Assembly: GCA_021822495.1 (NCBI GenBank)
Contig: JAKAQO010000006.1
Coordinates: 20,092-84,091 of the forward strand
DNA: 64,000 nucleotides
DNA from: a bacterium
GTDB taxonomy: Bacteria > Elusimicrobiota > Elusimicrobia > UBA1565 > UBA9628
Reading direction: 5' to 3'
The notes under the pieces were generated by a model. The model did no database searches. It worked only from the letters and a program-made list of their open reading frames with translations, and had not been told where the DNA came from. Below are positions 43,857 through 52,168 of the stretch, in pieces. Numbering within the stretch: the stretch's first letter is position 1; the number at the start of each line of letters is the position of its first letter. Position numbers and translations under genes: made by a program.

Positions 43857-46800
43857 TGAAGGAACGGAATTTTATTTGCGGGAAAAAAGTCTTGTCCGCT
43901 TTTCTTTTTTTGACGGCTTTTTTGAGCGGGAATATTTCCAGGGCGGCTTCTCCATCTGCCCCGCCAAGCCTCATTTTTTCTCCGGCGGGAAACGGAACCC
44001 GCAAAACGCTTTCCTTTGTCGTCAACCTTCCGGAAACGGCTGAGGTGTCGAGTTGGCGTTTTGAGATTCGAGAAAAAGGGCTTAAGGACGCGCCTGGAGC
44101 CTTGGTTAAAGCGTTTTCCGGGGATGGGCGTCCGCCGCGAAAGATTGTCTGGGACGGAAAAGACACCCAAAATCGCGTGGTTGAGGATGGAACGTATTAT
44201 TATTCTTTGAGTCTTCAAACTCCTGCTGGTAACCAAGCCGCGATACGACCATCCCCCGTGGTCGTCGACCGAATTCCCCCGACTATTTCAGCTAAAGTCG
44301 ATCCGAAGATTTTTTCTCCTAACGGCCTTAAGCCGGAAACGGTTTTCACACTAAAGGCTTCCGATCAATACGGAATTTATGAATGGCTGCTTGAGATTAA
44401 GGGTTCCGACGGGGTTCCGGTCAAGTCCTGGATGGGGAAGGGAATGCCGCCCTCGGCTTTGCGTTGGGATGGAAGGGGAGATTTTAACGAAGACGTTCCA
44501 AATGGAGCTTACACGTTTCAGCTCACCGTCGAAAACCTAGCCTCAAACCGCACGGTGACGCCTCCCCAAACGGTCACGATTAAAAGACAAGGCGTAGTTT
44601 CAACCGTGGGGGTCACGCCGGATGTTTTTTCTCCGCATAAAGAAAAGCCGATTGCGAGTTTTGATATCACGGGCGGAGATCCTTCTTCTATCGAACGCTG
44701 GGACCTGAAAATTATCAATCAAGGCGGAAGACCCATCTTCTCATTTAAAGGAAACGGGGCGCCGCCCGCGCGGCTTGATTGGGACGGAGATATTTCCAAG
44801 GATAAGATCGCGCCTGATGGGGAATATCAAGTCATTTTGTATGAAACCGATAACGCCGGAAATACCGCAGCCTCCGCGCCAGAGCCCCTCTATGTGGACA
44901 CCAAGGCGCCGTTACTTGTAGCGCGTTTAGAGCCGGATTTGCTGAGTCCCGGAAAACATCGCGCGAATTCCCAAGGACTTTTTAAGCTGAGGGCCGAGAG
45001 CCGTTATCCGTTTAAGTGGGCCCTTAGAATTTATACTGACGTCGGCGAACCCGTTCGGACTTGGAGCGGAAAAATGGGGTCGAAGGTTCCGCCGCAAATT
45101 TTATGGCATGGAAACAACGATTCGGGACAAATCATCACGGATGGAACCTATTCCTATTCTCTTTGGGCTTCCGATATCGCCGGAAATGAGGGAGAAACCC
45201 CGCGCCAAAAATTCGTGGTGAATACGACTCCGCCGGCTTTATCGGTTTCGACCGATCATTCTCTTTTCTCCCCCAATGGCGATCCGGCTTTGAGCCATGT
45301 CGTTTTTAGTTTGAGCGCGCAAGACGCCAGCCCCTTCGCGAATTGGGCTCTTTTAATTTACAATTCCGATCAAAAACTCGTGCGGCAGTTTACCGGCTCT
45401 CCCCTCAACATTCCAGCCAGCGTAACCTGGAACGGAAAAAATCAAGATCGCCAACCTCTTCCAGACGGAACTTATTCCTATGTCTTGAAGGCGAAAGACG
45501 TTGCGGGAAATTCTTCCGAGACTTCTCCCCAGGACATCGTCATAGGAGCGACTAAACCCATTCCTAAAGTTGTCTCTGCTTTAAACGCTATTTCGCCCAA
45601 TGCCGACGGGTTTAAAGATACGACGGACTTTCACCTCAGCGTCAAGTCTTTCAACCCGGTTAAGAAATGGTCGCTTCAAATTTTTGACGACAACAAGGTC
45701 GCTCGCCGGACCTTTGAAGGCCAGGGAGACGTTCCGGGAACTATTCAGTGGGGAGGGGAGGGAGACGATCAAAAGATTCTTCCGGACGGAAAATATTTCT
45801 ATCAACTCAAGGTTGTCGACGCCGCCGGAAATACCAGTAAAACCCGTCTTAAGCCGATTTTGATTAATACGACGCCGCCGGAAATTAAAATTACGGCGGA
45901 CCCGGCGCTTTTTTCGCCCAAACCCACGGCGCCGCATTTTAGCTCCTCGACGATGCTGGTCTTAAGTTATCAAGACGTCAGTCCCATCATGACTTGGAAG
46001 GTGATCATCCAGGACCCAATGAAAAATAGCGTCCGAGTTTTTTCGGGGACGTCTCCCTTGCCCATGTCGATTTCCTGGTACGGGCGATCCAAATCCGGAA
46101 AAATTTTGCCCGATGGGCCCTACACCTACACTCTTTTTGCGGAAGACGATGTGGGCAACAAATCAACGACCTCGGAACAGATCTTGCGCTTGGATGCCTC
46201 TTCCCCTCAAGTGAGTCTAAGCGCGAACCCCAAGCTGTTTTCTCCTGGAACCGGTTCCGAGAAAAACGAGACCACCTTGCTTCTGGGTTACAAAGCCAAG
46301 GCCGATATCTCTAAATGGAAACTGTCCATTGACTTAAAAAAGGGCGAGGCCGCGCGCGTTTTTTCAGGGCTGGGGCGTCCGCCTCAAAACCTTCCCTGGG
46401 ACGGGAAAAACGCTTATGGGCGCATTCTTCCCGATGGAACCTATGACGCATTTTTAAAATTGATCGATGAGGTGGGAAATATAGGACAAAGTCCCGTCGC
46501 TCAAATCACCATCGACACTTCTAAACCGGTTGCGACCGTCGTCGCCCAAACCGATCAACTGGAAGATTTAAGCGTGCCTCTGACAGTGACCAAGGACGCG
46601 GAAAAAGATATCGTCATCTCGTTAGCCAGCGAGGTTTTATTTGACAGCGGAAAATCGACCTTAAAAACAGAGGCCAGCAATACGCTTTTGAGGGCGGCCT
46701 ATTTAATCAAACGCTATCCCCATCGCGCTGTTTTAATTAATGGCTACACCGACAACGTGCCGATTCATGACGCCGCGTTCAAAGACAATCGCGATCTTTC

Positions 46801-46999
46801 AAAAGCGCGGGCCAAAGCTGTGATGAAGTTTTTGACTTTTAAGGCGAATATTCCCGCTTCCCGCATGAAGGCCCAGGGGTTTGGGGCCAAGAACCCCATC
46901 GCCTCCAATGACGATGCGGAAGGCCGGCAAAAAAATCGTCGGGTGGAAATTGTTTTGACCAGTAATCAGTCCAATGCCGCGAAGGGAGACAATCCATGA
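43853..46999 (+). CDS. Exported protein with eight FlgD-Ig-like modules and a C-terminal OmpA/Pal-type peptidoglycan-binding domain
   Basis: 1048 aa with a signal peptide. FSP-type module starts lie at aa 42, 154, 259, 364, 472, 580, 687 and 796, a period of 105-112 aa. Each module ends with ..WDG.....G..(L/V)PDG.Y.Y.L...D.AGN. The C-terminus LFDSGKSTL...INGYTDNVPI...NRRVEIVL is OmpA-like. Confidence 0.8.
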   Translation: MMKERNFICGKKVLSAFLFLTAFLSGNISRAASPSAPPSLIFSPAGNGTRKTLSFVVNLPETAEVSSWRFEIREKGLKDAPGALVKAFSGDGRPPRKIVWDGKDTQNRVVEDGTYYYSLSLQTPAGNQAAIRPSPVVVDRIPPTISAKVDPKIFSPNGLKPETVFTLKASDQYGIYEWLLEIKGSDGVPVKSWMGKGMPPSALRWDGRGDFNEDVPNGAYTFQLTVENLASNRTVTPPQTVTIKRQGVVSTVGVTPDVFSPHKEKPIASFDITGGDPSSIERWDLKIINQGGRPIFSFKGNGAPPARLDWDGDISKDKIAPDGEYQVILYETDNAGNTAASAPEPLYVDTKAPLLVARLEPDLLSPGKHRANSQGLFKLRAESRYPFKWALRIYTDVGEPVRTWSGKMGSKVPPQILWHGNNDSGQIITDGTYSYSLWASDIAGNEGETPRQKFVVNTTPPALSVSTDHSLFSPNGDPALSHVVFSLSAQDASPFANWALLIYNSDQKLVRQFTGSPLNIPASVTWNGKNQDRQPLPDGTYSYVLKAKDVAGNSSETSPQDIVIGATKPIPKVVSALNAISPNADGFKDTTDFHLSVKSFNPVKKWSLQIFDDNKVARRTFEGQGDVPGTIQWGGEGDDQKILPDGKYFYQLKVVDAAGNTSKTRLKPILINTTPPEIKITADPALFSPKPTAPHFSSSTMLVLSYQDVSPIMTWKVIIQDPMKNSVRVFSGTSPLPMSISWYGRSKSGKILPDGPYTYTLFAEDDVGNKSTTSEQILRLDASSPQVSLSANPKLFSPGTGSEKNETTLLLGYKAKADISKWKLSIDLKKGEAARVFSGLGRPPQNLPWDGKNAYGRILPDGTYDAFLKLIDEVGNIGQSPVAQITIDTSKPVATVVAQTDQLEDLSVPLTVTKDAEKDIVISLASEVLFDSGKSTLKTEASNTLLRAAYLIKRYPHRAVLINGYTDNVPIHDAAFKDNRDLSKARAKAVMKFLTFKANIPASRMKAQGFGAKNPIASNDDAEGRQKNRRVEIVLTSNQSNAAKGDNP
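43964..46546 (+). repeat. Eight tandem ~105-112-aa FlgD-Ig-like protein modules (divergent at the DNA level)
   Basis: The periodicity was derived by counting the positions of the recurring (F/L/I)SP and WDG...PDG.Y motifs in the translation. Confidence 0.7.
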
Positions 47000-47610
47000 T
47001 TCATATTAATTTTTTAGAAATTTTAAAGACAAGTTTTACCTTGGTCATACTCCTTTTCTGCTCTTTAGTGACCATGACCTTTGCCATTGAGAGATGGTGG
47101 TATTACCGTTCGGTCCGGATTGACGTCGAAAAATTCATGACGGCGATCAGAGAATTTTTGGAAGCCCATAAACACGCGGAAGCCTTAAACCTCGCCTCCG
47201 GTTCTCCGGGACCGATAGCCGCGATTGTCCGCGTCGCTCTTCTTAACCGCAGCCGCCCCAAAAGCGAAGTCGCCGCTCTGCTGTCTGCCGCGCAGATTGA
47301 CGAGAGGGGGAAACTTGAACGCTATCTTGGAATTTTAGGAACGATGGGAAATACGGCGCCCTTTATCGGTCTTTTTGGAACGGTGGTCGGCATTATCAAG
47401 GCTTTCCATGATTTAGCTCTTTCCGGTTCCGGCGGGCCGTCGGTCGTGGCAGCGGGAATCGCGGAAGCCCTGGTGGCCACCGCCAGCGGTCTTGCGGTCG
47501 CCATTCCAGCGGCGATGCTCTACAACTATTTCGTCAAAAAGGTCAAGGATTTGTCGTCGGATATGGAAGCTTCTTCCATCCGGATTTTGGTTTATTTGGG
47601 GCTTAGCTAA
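46996..47610 (+). CDS. MotA/TolQ/ExbB proton channel family protein
   Basis: 204 aa. Motif APFIGLFGTVVGIIKAF...GIAEALVATASGL. Confidence 0.85.
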   Translation: MIHINFLEILKTSFTLVILLFCSLVTMTFAIERWWYYRSVRIDVEKFMTAIREFLEAHKHAEALNLASGSPGPIAAIVRVALLNRSRPKSEVAALLSAAQIDERGKLERYLGILGTMGNTAPFIGLFGTVVGIIKAFHDLALSGSGGPSVVAAGIAEALVATASGLAVAIPAAMLYNYFVKKVKDLSSDMEASSIRILVYLGLS

Positions 47611-48026
47611 TGCAAACGGGGTCCTCGAACAACTCGATTATCACCGATATCAACGTGACGCCTTTGGTGGATGTTTGCCTGGTTTTGGTGATTATTTTCA
47701 TGGTGGTTTCCCCGCTGGCGATGCAGGCTTCAATTGAAGTGGCCTCAACCCGGGTCGGAGCTCCCAAGGCGCAAGCGGCTCTGACCAAAAATGTCGATGT
47801 TGTTTTAGACGCCCAGGGGAAGGTGACAGTGAATGGAAATCCGGTCGCTTGGGCGAATCTGCCCCAGGCCCTTAAAAAAGCGATTTCGCGCAGTCAAGAC
47901 CGCATGGTGGGCCTTAAGGCTTCTCCGAATGCTCCCTTAGGACGGGTAGTTGAAATTTTAGATGATTCCAAACAAAACGGAGCTAAAAAAGTGGCTCTCA
48001 TTAATCCAAAAGAAGGGAAAAGTTAA
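47610..48026 (+). CDS. ExbD/TolR family protein (paralog 1)
   Basis: 138 aa. TM segment with a conserved Asp: DINVTPLVDVCLVLVIIFMV. Confidence 0.85.
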   Translation: MQTGSSNNSIITDINVTPLVDVCLVLVIIFMVVSPLAMQASIEVASTRVGAPKAQAALTKNVDVVLDAQGKVTVNGNPVAWANLPQALKKAISRSQDRMVGLKASPNAPLGRVVEILDDSKQNGAKKVALINPKEGKS

Positions 48027-48445
48027 TGGCAATAGGGCAGGGAAAATCCGGGGAACCCATCACCTCAATCAATATCACGCCCTTGGTGGATGTGAGTCTT
48101 GTTTTAGTCATTATCTTTATGGTGGCCGCCCCGCTTTTGACTCAGTCCATTTTACCGGTTAAACTCCCCAAAGCCGTGACGGATGAGGGAAAAGAAAGAG
48201 AAAACGTTACGATTACGATTTCAAGAGACGGACAGTGGGCTTTAAACGCCGATCCGACGACTCCGGAAACCTTGCCTTCAGTTTTGCCCGCGCTTTTGTC
48301 CAAAAGCCGGGATAAATATGTGATTATCAGGGCGGACGCCGATTCCCCTTATTCTTATACCTTGGAAGCTCTTAAAATCGCGAAAGCGGCGGGAGCCAGA
48401 GATTATGCCGTGGCGACGGTTGAAAAAAAGAGAGGCGCTCCATGA
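48026..48445 (+). CDS. ExbD/TolR family protein (paralog 2)
   Basis: 139 aa. TM segment with a conserved Asp: SINITPLVDVSLVLVIIFMV. Confidence 0.85.
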   Translation: MAIGQGKSGEPITSINITPLVDVSLVLVIIFMVAAPLLTQSILPVKLPKAVTDEGKERENVTITISRDGQWALNADPTTPETLPSVLPALLSKSRDKYVIIRADADSPYSYTLEALKIAKAAGARDYAVATVEKKRGAP

Positions 48446-49563
48446 CTCGGGACGCGACTCGGATTGAAACCTCGGCTGGTGTGGCCGCCGCCATTCACGC
48501 TTCTCTTTTTGGCCTTTATCTTTTGCTTAAAGTAACCGAGCCGGCCCAGGAAACGGTGAAACTGACCCGCGTTGATTTTATCGATGAAATTCCCAAAGCC
48601 GCGGCTTCCGCTATTTCCAGCCCCGGACGGCTTGAGCGCGCGCCGAAAAGTTTCAAGGATTTCCTTCACATGGCGCTTCCTTCTTTTCATAGGCCGAGTC
48701 CTTCCCAGCCGAAACTCGCGGAAATGCAAAACGAGCCGACTCCCAATGCGCCGCAAATGAGGTCGGCGTCTCCCCAGATTCAGCTGAAAACCAGCGCTCA
48801 TCCCTTGAATAAAAATTTCCGCTTTAGGCCGACTCATCTCAACGCGGCGGATTCGACAAGACTCTCCGATGTGTCCAATCCTCAAATCGCGCCGCAGTCT
48901 CCCCAGGATATGCCAAACGTCAAGCCCATTACGCTCGAGGCTGTTGGGCGCGTCAAGGCTTCGGCCCGGATTCATTTTAATTCGGCGGCCCATTTTAAGG
49001 CTTCCGGTCAAATGCGGGATTTGCCCCAAGAAAATTTAGCGGCTACGGGACCGACGTCTTTAGAGGACGCGCAATCTCCCCCCATTCGCTTAAACGCGAG
49101 TTATCACGGATCCAAAAACGCGGCTTTGCCGACAGGAGGGGAACTTCCCATCGGATATGAAAAAGGAATCTCGCTCAAAGAGGGCGCTGTCCATCCGGCG
49201 GGGGCGAATTTGCCCCAGGTTTCCGCAGCCTCTGTTCAAGTCAAAACCGGAAAACTTAAAAGCGTGAAGCATAAGGGCATGGAAATTAGCGGTCCCTTGG
49301 CGGATCGAAAAATTTTAAAGGCGGCGGCGCCCAAATATCCCGTGTGGGCTAAAAATCAGGGGGTTGAGGCGGATGTGGTCGTTCGTTTCTACGTTTCCGC
49401 CGACGGCCAGGTTCTCGACCGCATGATTATCGAGAGAACTTCCGGTTACCGGAGACTTGATGAACTGTGCAAAAAGACGCTTAAGAAAATGCTTTTTGCC
49501 CCGCTTGAATCGGGCGATCAAGTGGAATGGGGTTTTATTACGTTTCATTTTAAGCTCAAATGA
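48442..49563 (+). CDS. TonB/TolA-like protein with a long low-complexity linker and a TonB_C-like C-terminal domain
   Basis: 373 aa with an N-terminal TM segment. The C-terminus KYPVWAKNQGVEADVVVRFYVSADGQVLDRMIIERTSGYRRLDELCKKTLKKMLFAP matches the TonB C-terminal pattern. Confidence 0.7.
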   Translation: MTRDATRIETSAGVAAAIHASLFGLYLLLKVTEPAQETVKLTRVDFIDEIPKAAASAISSPGRLERAPKSFKDFLHMALPSFHRPSPSQPKLAEMQNEPTPNAPQMRSASPQIQLKTSAHPLNKNFRFRPTHLNAADSTRLSDVSNPQIAPQSPQDMPNVKPITLEAVGRVKASARIHFNSAAHFKASGQMRDLPQENLAATGPTSLEDAQSPPIRLNASYHGSKNAALPTGGELPIGYEKGISLKEGAVHPAGANLPQVSAASVQVKTGKLKSVKHKGMEISGPLADRKILKAAAPKYPVWAKNQGVEADVVVRFYVSADGQVLDRMIIERTSGYRRLDELCKKTLKKMLFAPLESGDQVEWGFITFHFKLK

Positions 49564-50171
49564 GTGAAATCATGGATGAGGAAAAACAGGCTTTGCCCTC
49601 AAACCGGCGGCGCCATTATTTTATAGACACGGAAATTCAACTCCCCTTAACCTTGGGGCTGATTTTAATCGCGACGGTGGAGGGCGTTTTTGTCGGATGG
49701 GGCCTCAGCCGAATAATCCACTTTGCGTTTGATTGGCAAAGCGGCAGGCAAATCGCGGAGTTCTTCGCTTTTCTTATCGCGACATTCTTGCCGATGGTCG
49801 TCATCAATTTTTGGCTGAGCGCCTGGTTTACTCATCGGATGATTGGGCCGCTTTCCCGCGCTAGGAAAGCGCTTTCTTCCATCGTGGATGGAAACCTTGA
49901 GTGCGAGATTATTCCTCGGGAAGGCGATTTTCTCCGCCATTATTTGGAGGACGTCAACGCGGTGCTTAAGACTTTAAAGCGCCTTATTTACCGGGACTAT
50001 CAATATGTTCAGGAAACCGTCGAGATTTTAAATCAGTGCCGGGATAAAATAGCTGAGAGCGGCTTGCCCGAAGAAGCCAAAAAAGAGTTTCAAAAACTTC
50101 TGTCTCAGGCTAAAAGCCGCCTAAGTATTGTCAATCTCCATTTCGCGCGTCATCGAGGGGATAAACCATGA
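49560..50171 (+). CDS. 2-TM membrane protein with a HAMP-like linker and coiled coil, no recognisable output domain
   Basis: 203 aa. Two hydrophobic helices are followed by HRMIGPLSRARKALSSIVDGNLECEI (HAMP-like). I saw no kinase or MCP motifs. Confidence 0.5.
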   Translation: MSEIMDEEKQALPSNRRRHYFIDTEIQLPLTLGLILIATVEGVFVGWGLSRIIHFAFDWQSGRQIAEFFAFLIATFLPMVVINFWLSAWFTHRMIGPLSRARKALSSIVDGNLECEIIPREGDFLRHYLEDVNAVLKTLKRLIYRDYQYVQETVEILNQCRDKIAESGLPEEAKKEFQKLLSQAKSRLSIVNLHFARHRGDKP

Positions 50172-50548
50172 AAACCAGAGATGAGTCCGTTTTGATTGTC
50201 GACGATGATGATGGAATGCGGGAACTGGCCGAAATGATGTGCAAACAAATGGGGTTTAAGACCGTTTCTTCTGCGGATACCATCTCCGCCCGGAAATATC
50301 TTGAAGAGAAAATTCCCCGTTTAATTCTTCTCGATATCATGATGCCAGACGGAAACGGAATTGAATTTTGTCAATGGATGCGCTCGCAAGAGGAACTCAA
50401 AAATGTTTCAATTATCGTAACCAGCGCTTTAAAAGAAGAAGAGACGATTCAAGACGCTTTTAAAGTTGGCGCTAACGATTTCTTGTCAAAACCTTTTGAG
50501 GTTGCGATTTTTAAAGAGAAGCTGGAGCGCTGGGTGAACACGAAATAA
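50168..50548 (+). CDS. Stand-alone response regulator receiver domain (CheY-like)
   Basis: 126 aa. It has the acidic pocket IVDDDD, the phospho-acceptor context LILLDIMMPDGNG, and the T/S and K motifs VTSA and LSKPF. Confidence 0.85.
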   Translation: MKTRDESVLIVDDDDGMRELAEMMCKQMGFKTVSSADTISARKYLEEKIPRLILLDIMMPDGNGIEFCQWMRSQEELKNVSIIVTSALKEEETIQDAFKVGANDFLSKPFEVAIFKEKLERWVNTK

Positions 50549-51528
50549 TGAAAAAGAAAACCCTTTTATTGGCCTTTTTTCTTTTGACGGGAGTTCTTTT
50601 TTCTTTTGCCGATTCTCAAAATGGGGCGCAAGGAGAAAATGGACAAGGGGTTTTGCCCGAGGTTCTCATCCAGGCCGAACACAATAAGCCCTTGCCCTTG
50701 ACCAAACCGCCTTTGAATTTTGAGGTAAAGGAAGATCCACCCATTGAGACAATTCTTAAAAAGACGGACCGTTCTTTAATGAACCGTCTGCCTTCCCAGA
50801 TATTGAAATCCAATGTCTTTAAGCCTGAAATCTCGATTAGCTCCAAAGCGGTGACGCCGTTGTATCCGTGGATTATCCGTCCTTGGACGGGAGAGCCTAT
50901 TCACGTCTTCCATCCGCAGGAGATTCTCACCGGCATCCACGCCTTTAAAGATGATCGCAATGAACGCAAGAAGGCGGTTTGGGAGCTGGATGTGGTTGAC
51001 GGCGCGGGAAAATCCATCCAGCATTTTTCAGGCTCCGGGCTTGTGCCCAAAAGACTTCCCTTCGATGGAAAAGGAAAAGATGGGAAATGGGTGGAGGTGG
51101 GAGAGACCTATATGGGAGTCCTTAAAAATACCGATTCTAAAGGCCGCATCCACACGGCTTACGGGCGTCCTTTTAAAATTGCGGGTTTAAGCCTTAAAAA
51201 TCCCTCCAGTTTTGTCATTGATTTGGATGCCGGGGTTCTTTTTTCCACATCTTCGGCGACTTTGCGGCTCTCTTCTTTCGGCGCAGAGCTTATCAAGGAC
51301 GCTTCCCAACTCTTGCAAAGGTATTACCCCGGTTTTAGCGTCAAGGTTTCCTTGTTGACGGAGAGGCTCAATCCCTTGGAACTAAAAGAAGCCGTTTCCC
51401 TGTGCGCGGATAAAATCGCAAAAAGACTCATTATTGCGCCGACGTTCATTCAAAAGACCTGGAGGCGTCAAGACGCGGGGGCCGATGGAACGCTTACGAT
51501 TTCCGTTCAATCTCAAACGCGCCCTTAA
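50548..51528 (+). CDS. Exported protein with one FlgD-Ig-like module and a degenerate OmpA-like C-terminus
   Basis: 326 aa with a signal peptide. WELDVVDGAGKSIQHFSGSGLVPKRLPFDGKGKDGKWVEVGETYMGVL matches the module of the 1048-aa protein. It is followed by VLFSTSSATL..., which resembles the OmpA-domain start. Confidence 0.45.
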   Translation: MKKKTLLLAFFLLTGVLFSFADSQNGAQGENGQGVLPEVLIQAEHNKPLPLTKPPLNFEVKEDPPIETILKKTDRSLMNRLPSQILKSNVFKPEISISSKAVTPLYPWIIRPWTGEPIHVFHPQEILTGIHAFKDDRNERKKAVWELDVVDGAGKSIQHFSGSGLVPKRLPFDGKGKDGKWVEVGETYMGVLKNTDSKGRIHTAYGRPFKIAGLSLKNPSSFVIDLDAGVLFSTSSATLRLSSFGAELIKDASQLLQRYYPGFSVKVSLLTERLNPLELKEAVSLCADKIAKRLIIAPTFIQKTWRRQDAGADGTLTISVQSQTRP

Positions 51529-51535
51529 AAACCGT

Positions 51536-52165
51536 TCAACTTCGCGCTGGTTGCTTGGAGCGCCAGAATTCAAAGAGTCCGGGAAGAAGCGAAATAAAAA
51601 TGACGGCCAAAATGACGAGATGAATGCGCTTTCCGATATCGGGGATGAGTCCGGCCAGGGCGTAGCCGCCGCCGGCCATGGCTAATATCCAGAGAAATCC
51701 GCCGAGCATATTGTAGGCGATAAACCGAAAATAAGACATTTCCGCGATTCCCGCGACCGCCGGGGCGAAGGTTCGGACTATGGGAACAAAACGGGCCAGG
51801 ACAATCGTTTTAGCCCCGTATTTTTCATAAAAGTCATGGGCTTTTTTGAGATGTTTTTTCTTAAAGAAAAGAGAGTCTTCTCTTTGAAAAAGGGCGTGTC
51901 CGGCCTTAAAGCCGAGAGCGTAGCCGACTTGGTCTCCTAGAATCGCGGCGATGGATGAGGCCAGTAAAAGCCAGGAAATAGACAATTCTCCAGTTTTTGC
52001 GAAAATTCCGGCGGTGACCAGAAGGGAATCTCCGGGAAGAAAAAAACCGAAAAAAAGCCCGGTCTCGGCGAAGATAATAAAGGAAATCAAAGAGAGCCCA
52101 CCCCAACTAATCAAGGCTTTGACGTCGTAGATTTGGCGAATGAACGCGATAATTTGATGGAACAT
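51536..52165 (-). CDS. DedA family membrane protein
   Basis: 209 aa. Motif FAETGLFFGFFLPGDSLLVTAG and ARFVPIVRTFAP are typical of DedA/SNARE-associated proteins. Confidence 0.85.
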   Translation of the reverse strand: MFHQIIAFIRQIYDVKALISWGGLSLISFIIFAETGLFFGFFLPGDSLLVTAGIFAKTGELSISWLLLASSIAAILGDQVGYALGFKAGHALFQREDSLFFKKKHLKKAHDFYEKYGAKTIVLARFVPIVRTFAPAVAGIAEMSYFRFIAYNMLGGFLWILAMAGGGYALAGLIPDIGKRIHLVILAVIFISLLPGLFEFWRSKQPARS

Positions 52166-52168
52166 ATT

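Noticed and set aside
43964-46546. Periodic repeats considered as a possible CRISPR or tandem DNA repeat array
   Set aside because: The periodicity is at the protein-domain level (about 320 nt, divergent sequence) inside one continuous ORF. There are no short identical direct repeats with spacers anywhere in the window.
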